The notes below the pieces were generated by a model that saw only the letters and a list, made by a program, of their open reading frames with translations, was not told the origin of the DNA and made no database searches. Made by a program: the position numbers and the translations under genes. A DNA stretch of 64,000 bases from an uncultured Candidatus Actinomarina sp. (lineage in GTDB: Bacteria > Actinomycetota > Acidimicrobiia > Actinomarinales > Actinomarinaceae): the NCBI GenBank assembly GCA_902619825.1, contig CACNFT010000001.1, positions 135,529-199,528 on the forward strand, given 5' to 3'. Below are positions 59,053 to 64,000 of this stretch, piece after piece (positions within the stretch are counted from its first letter, which is position 1; the number at the start of each line of letters is the position of its first letter).

Positions 59053-59080
59053 AAAAAAAAATCGGGCTTTTGCCCGATTT
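59053..59080 (-). terminator. Intrinsic terminator/attenuator hairpin between aroH and DAHP synthase
   Basis: AAATCGGGC-TTTT-GCCCGATTT followed by a T-run on the transcribed (minus) strand. An AGGAGG RBS for the next gene follows immediately. Confidence 0.5.
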
Positions 59081-59187
59081 GACATAACGTTACTTTAGGG
59101 CAGCTTATATGTGCGCTCTAAAGTAAAAGTATGTGTTAATTTTCATTGTGGTAATAATACCATGTATTACAGATTTGCAAATAGTTT

Positions 59188-59529
59188 TTATCTATCTGGT
59201 CTTAAATTCTCAGCTTCACCTAAATAGGTATGACTTACTTCAATTTCATCCTTGTAAGTTACTAAAACTCTTATACAACCTTCAAGGTCATTAACTACGT
59301 TTGGTGCCTTTGTATCAATCGCAGATAATTGATGGTGACCAAGTTCTCTGAGAGCCTTTGCTGGGAAAGCGGCATCAAGATCATTAGTAACAGTAAAAAT
59401 TACAGAAACAATTTTTGAAATATCAAGGTTGTTATTTTCTACAATCGTATTAAATAATTCTTTTGTAGATTTTAATATATCGTTTTCTGTGTTTTCTACA
59501 GTAGCAATTGCTCCTCTTATTCCATTCAT
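59188..59529 (-). CDS. aroH: Chorismate mutase, AroH class
   Basis: MNGIRGAIATVENTENDIL...FPAKALRELG...RPD matches monofunctional AroH. I chose the ATG at 59529; the upstream GTG at 59568 lies inside the groEL terminator hairpin. Confidence 0.75.
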   Translation of the reverse strand: MNGIRGAIATVENTENDILKSTKELFNTIVENNNLDISKIVSVIFTVTNDLDAAFPAKALRELGHHQLSAIDTKAPNVVNDLEGCIRVLVTYKDEIEVSHTYLGEAENLRPDR

Positions 59530-59541
59530 GACAACTAATGA

Positions 59542-59578
59542 TAAAAAAAAAGAGTGGACATTGTCCACTCTTTTTTTT
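59542..59578 (-). terminator. Rho-independent terminator after groEL (bidirectional hairpin)
   Basis: A-run, then AGAGTGGACATTGTCCACTCT, then T8. Confidence 0.6.
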
Positions 59579-59592
59579 AAAAAATGTATGTT

Positions 59593-61230
<1,638 letters not shown>

Positions 61231-61233
61231 CTA

Positions 61234-61527
61234 TTATTTTCCGACTACTGCGAGTATATCTCTACTTGATAAAATCAAATACTCTTCGCCGTCAACTTTA
61301 ATTTCTGTTCCACCATATTTTGAATAAACAACTTTGTCACCCTTTTTAACATCAGGTTTAATTTTTTCTCCATTGTCATTAGTTTCTCCAGGTCCTACAG
61401 CAACAACCTCTCCTTCTTGGGGTTTCTCCTTCGCCGTATCAGGTATGTAAATTCCCGATGGAGTTTTCATATCTTCTTCAGACAGTGGCTTTACAACAAC
61501 TCTATCTCCCAGTGGTTGAAGATTCAT
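61234..61527 (-). CDS. groES: Co-chaperonin GroES
   Basis: 97 aa, [14 protein letters not shown]. Confidence 0.95.
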   Translation of the reverse strand: MNLQPLGDRVVVKPLSEEDMKTPSGIYIPDTAKEKPQEGEVVAVGPGETNDNGEKIKPDVKKGDKVVYSKYGGTEIKVDGEEYLILSSRDILAVVGK

Positions 61528-61606
61528 GTTTAATTCCTTTCTAAAATTTTCTACGTTTTGAATTTAATATAGTTATGTTTATAAAGGTATTTATTTTCTT
61601 AAATTG

Positions 61607-62608
61607 TTAGGAAATTATTGAAGATAACCTTATATCGTCAATATTCATTTTATTTGTAATAAGCTCATTTTTAGCAGCAACGCAAATCATTGCTGCATTA
61701 TCAGTTGATAATCTTGGTGATGGTAAATAAAGGTTTTTATTATTATTTTCAGAAAAAAATACAATTTTTTTACGTAACCTAGAATTTGCCATGACTCCAC
61801 CTCCGCCTGATATATTGTTAACACCGGTTTCATTAATCGCTTTGACAAAAATGTCCATTAAGGAATCGACTATTGCCTCTTGGTATGATGCAGCAAAATC
61901 TTTTTTTAATAGTTGATCCTCTTCTGAAAGTTTCTGTAGAAAATAAACTGCTGCTGTCTTCAATCCTGAAAAAGAATAGTCAAATTTGTTTGAGGTTTTA
62001 GGTCGAGGAAGATCTACTTTTTTTGGATCACCACCCTCTGATATTTTTTGTATTGCTGGACCTCCAGGAAAACCAAATCCACAAAATCTTGATAATTTGT
62101 CAAAAGCTTCACCTGCAGCATCATCAATGGTTGAACCCAAGAGATTATATTTACCCCACTCTTCAACTAAAACAATTTGTGTATGTCCTCCAGAGACAAG
62201 TAATGATAAAAATGGAGGCTTCATGTTTGGATGCTCAATAAGTGGTGCGCTTAAATGTCCGACCATATGATCTACTGCATAAAATGGCTTTTCAAGAGCC
62301 CATGCCACAGATTTTGCAAAATTGTAGCCTACAACAAGACTACCTGCCAGACCAGGACCATCAGTACTGGCAACAATATCAATTTCACTTAAATCTATAC
62401 CACATTCATTGATAGAGGAATGAAAAAGATTTCTTATCATTTCAGCGTGTGCTCTAGATGCTACTTCAGGTACTACTCCACCAAATTTCTCATGAATTTC
62501 AACTTGTGATGAAATTTTGTTAATTAAGAGGTTGTCACCTTTCATTAAAGCAATCGCTGTCTCATCACAACTTGTTTCAAAACCTAAAATGATTTTTTCA
62601 CTCTGCAT
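61607..62608 (-). CDS. tsaD: tRNA N6-adenosine threonylcarbamoyltransferase TsaD
   Basis: Kae1/TsaD HxxGH metal motif (VDHMVGHL). Confidence 0.9.
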   Translation of the reverse strand: MQSEKIILGFETSCDETAIALMKGDNLLINKISSQVEIHEKFGGVVPEVASRAHAEMIRNLFHSSINECGIDLSEIDIVASTDGPGLAGSLVVGYNFAKSVAWALEKPFYAVDHMVGHLSAPLIEHPNMKPPFLSLLVSGGHTQIVLVEEWGKYNLLGSTIDDAAGEAFDKLSRFCGFGFPGGPAIQKISEGGDPKKVDLPRPKTSNKFDYSFSGLKTAAVYFLQKLSEEDQLLKKDFAASYQEAIVDSLMDIFVKAINETGVNNISGGGGVMANSRLRKKIVFFSENNNKNLYLPSPRLSTDNAAMICVAAKNELITNKMNIDDIRLSSIIS

Positions 62609-63044
62609 ATGCTTTTTCCTTTATAAAAATATCTGCATCTTCAGTGACATAATATTTTTTTCTTTTACCAAAATGTTTAAAGTTGTATTTTTTATACAAA
62701 CTCTGAGCAGATTTATTAGATTCACGAACTTCCAAGATAATTTTTTCATATTTTGAAACTTCAAAATAACTTATTAATTCGTCCATAAGTTCGGTTGCTA
62801 CACCTTTTTTTCTGTATTCTTCCAATACACCAATTCCTAGAATCTCAATATCGTGATGTATAAATTGGATACCCAAATAGCCTATAATTTCATCTTCATT
62901 TTGGTAAGTCCAATATTTAAAACTTTTATCATTAATTTTTTGCTCAATAATACTGGCATCCCATGACATAGAAAATAAATTCTGCTCTAAGTTAGACAAC
63001 TTAAGTGCTGTCTTAGAAGAACAAGATTCTAAACTTTTAATCAT
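62598..63044 (-). CDS. rimI: Ribosomal-protein-alanine N-acetyltransferase (GNAT)
   Basis: GNAT acetyl-CoA motif RKKGVATELM, placed between tsaB and tsaD. Confidence 0.7.
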   Translation of the reverse strand: MIKSLESCSSKTALKLSNLEQNLFSMSWDASIIEQKINDKSFKYWTYQNEDEIIGYLGIQFIHHDIEILGIGVLEEYRKKGVATELMDELISYFEVSKYEKIILEVRESNKSAQSLYKKYNFKHFGKRKKYYVTEDADIFIKEKAYAE

Positions 63045-63732
63045 AAAACTTCACATTCCCACTCAAAGTATCTTTTGATAATGTCACGTCAGGTTCTCTC
63101 ATATATTCAAGATTTATTTCATTGAAGTTGGGATAGTCTTTTATTTTTTCACCAACGTTATAAATATTTTCAGCTGTTACAAATCTTGGCTCAGCTAATT
63201 TAGTATTACTATCAGTAAGAATTTTTTTATTTTCTATAAGATCCCAATTACCTACTAATAATTTTTTATCGGCATCATCAGAAAGTTTAATTTCTAAGTT
63301 TTCAACTGAAATTACTTGAGGATCAGACTCTCGTGTTACTCCACCAGGAACAGGCATATATTCGCAATAAGCAAACTCATTTCGTTTGATATCAATCAAC
63401 GAACATATTTTTCTGTGACTTGTATGTGCTGCAAACGCAAGAGCGTCAAGACCATTTACTGGAATAATAGGTATGCCTAAAACTGCACCAAGTCCCTGGG
63501 AAACTGATAGACCGATTCTTAGTCCAGTGTAATATCCCGGTCCAACATCGAGATAAAGTGCATTAAGATCATTTCTACTTGCCTTTGTTTTATCAAATAA
63601 CTCATTTATTTGATTTAGCAATATTCCAGTTGAGCCTTTATTAGTTTTTGAAACAAAACTAGCAAGTAATTTCTCCTCAAATATTGCCGCAGAAACATAT
63701 TCACCTGATGTAGAAATTGCTAATTTATACAA
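63037..63732 (-). CDS. tsaB: tRNA threonylcarbamoyladenosine biosynthesis protein TsaB
   Basis: YeaZ-like inactive Kae1 paralog N-terminus. Confidence 0.8.
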   Translation of the reverse strand: MYKLAISTSGEYVSAAIFEEKLLASFVSKTNKGSTGILLNQINELFDKTKASRNDLNALYLDVGPGYYTGLRIGLSVSQGLGAVLGIPIIPVNGLDALAFAAHTSHRKICSLIDIKRNEFAYCEYMPVPGGVTRESDPQVISVENLEIKLSDDADKKLLVGNWDLIENKKILTDSNTKLAEPRFVTAENIYNVGEKIKDYPNFNEINLEYMREPDVTLSKDTLSGNVKFYD

Positions 63733-63733
63733 T

Positions 63734-64000
63734 TTAAAACCTTATCTTTCTTGTTGAATCATCAATTATATCAATATCAATAATTGTCCAATTGCTTAGG
63801 TTTGTATTAGGAAGTTGGTTTGACCATTCAACAAAAAATAAAGTTTTTTCTTCAAACAAAGGAAGATCTAGGTCAATAAATTCTTGGAATGATGAAAGTC
63901 TATAAAGATCAACATGGTAAATACTTAAATCTTCTTTGAGATAATTTTTTACAATATTAAATGTTGGAGAAGTTACATTATCTTCGATACCAAGGTGATA
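63734..64000 (-). CDS. tsaE: tRNA t6A biosynthesis ATPase TsaE, C-terminal 88 aa; the gene continues past the window end
   Basis: The minus-strand frame reads ...SPTFNIVKNY...YHVDLYRL...FVEW... with a stop at 63734-63736. It sits in the typical tsaE-tsaB-rimI-tsaD order. Confidence 0.65.
   Translation of the reverse strand, partial: YHLGIEDNVTSPTFNIVKNYLKEDLSIYHVDLYRLSSFQEFIDLDLPLFEEKTLFFVEWSNQLPNTNLSNWTIIDIDIIDDSTRKIRF

Noticed and set aside
59086-59187. 7-bp inverted repeat ACTTTAG...CTAAAGT with a 20-nt loop in the aroH downstream leader
   Set aside because: The stem is short and AT-rich with a large loop. It is not convincing as a structured element without covariation evidence.
61528-61606. 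Looked for a CIRCE (TTAGCACTC-N9-GAGTGCTAA) or HAIR heat-shock operator upstream of groES
   Set aside because: Neither consensus is present in the 79-bp groES upstream region on either strand.

Overview
This 64 kb window comes from a very AT-rich genome. I infer an actinobacterial origin from three observations: a WhiB-family regulator, a UPF0182 giant membrane protein, and the tsaE-tsaB-rimI-tsaD-groES-groEL arrangement. It resembles streamlined marine low-GC Actinobacteria, but I cannot verify that. About 54 kb (9.9-64 kb) is housekeeping. This includes PlsY, UppP and Mrp; an initiator tRNA-fMet; UPF0182 and a YlbL-like protease; and a Liv-type ABC uptake operon with an embedded acyl-CoA ligase. 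It also includes HtrA and WhiB divergent from sdhCDAB; HU; an mdh-icd-sucDC cluster; UvrD/PcrA and TrpS; PlsC; and a Fur-regulated ECF-type CbiQO module. The final stretch carries a near-complete aromatic amino-acid supraoperon (aroH, DAHP synthase, tyrA, aroA, aroE, aroC, aroK, aroB, aroQ, pheA), then groESL and tsaEBD-rimI. The first ~9.9 kb looks like an accessory island. It holds an SbcC/SbcD-like nuclease pair running off the window edge, a Cys-rich small protein, a C5-cytosine DNA methyltransferase divergent from a small candidate endonuclease, and a compact cassette of a 103-aa ORF, a 749-aa non-canonical Hsp70-family ATPase with an extra C-terminal helical domain, and a K/E-rich coiled-coil ORF, plus a divergent coiled-coil gene. 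I flag that cassette as the best candidate for an undescribed system (possibly defence-related), but this is inference. A second strong signal is a membrane-anchored thioredoxin-fold gene (46683-47156, minus strand) whose redox-active N-terminal Cys position is an in-frame TGA, with a hairpin 20 nt downstream. It is either a candidate UxxC selenoprotein or a TGA-disrupted thioredoxin. I found no CRISPR array, transposase, integrase or rRNA. All calls rest on motif-level reading of the supplied translations; I ran no database searches.
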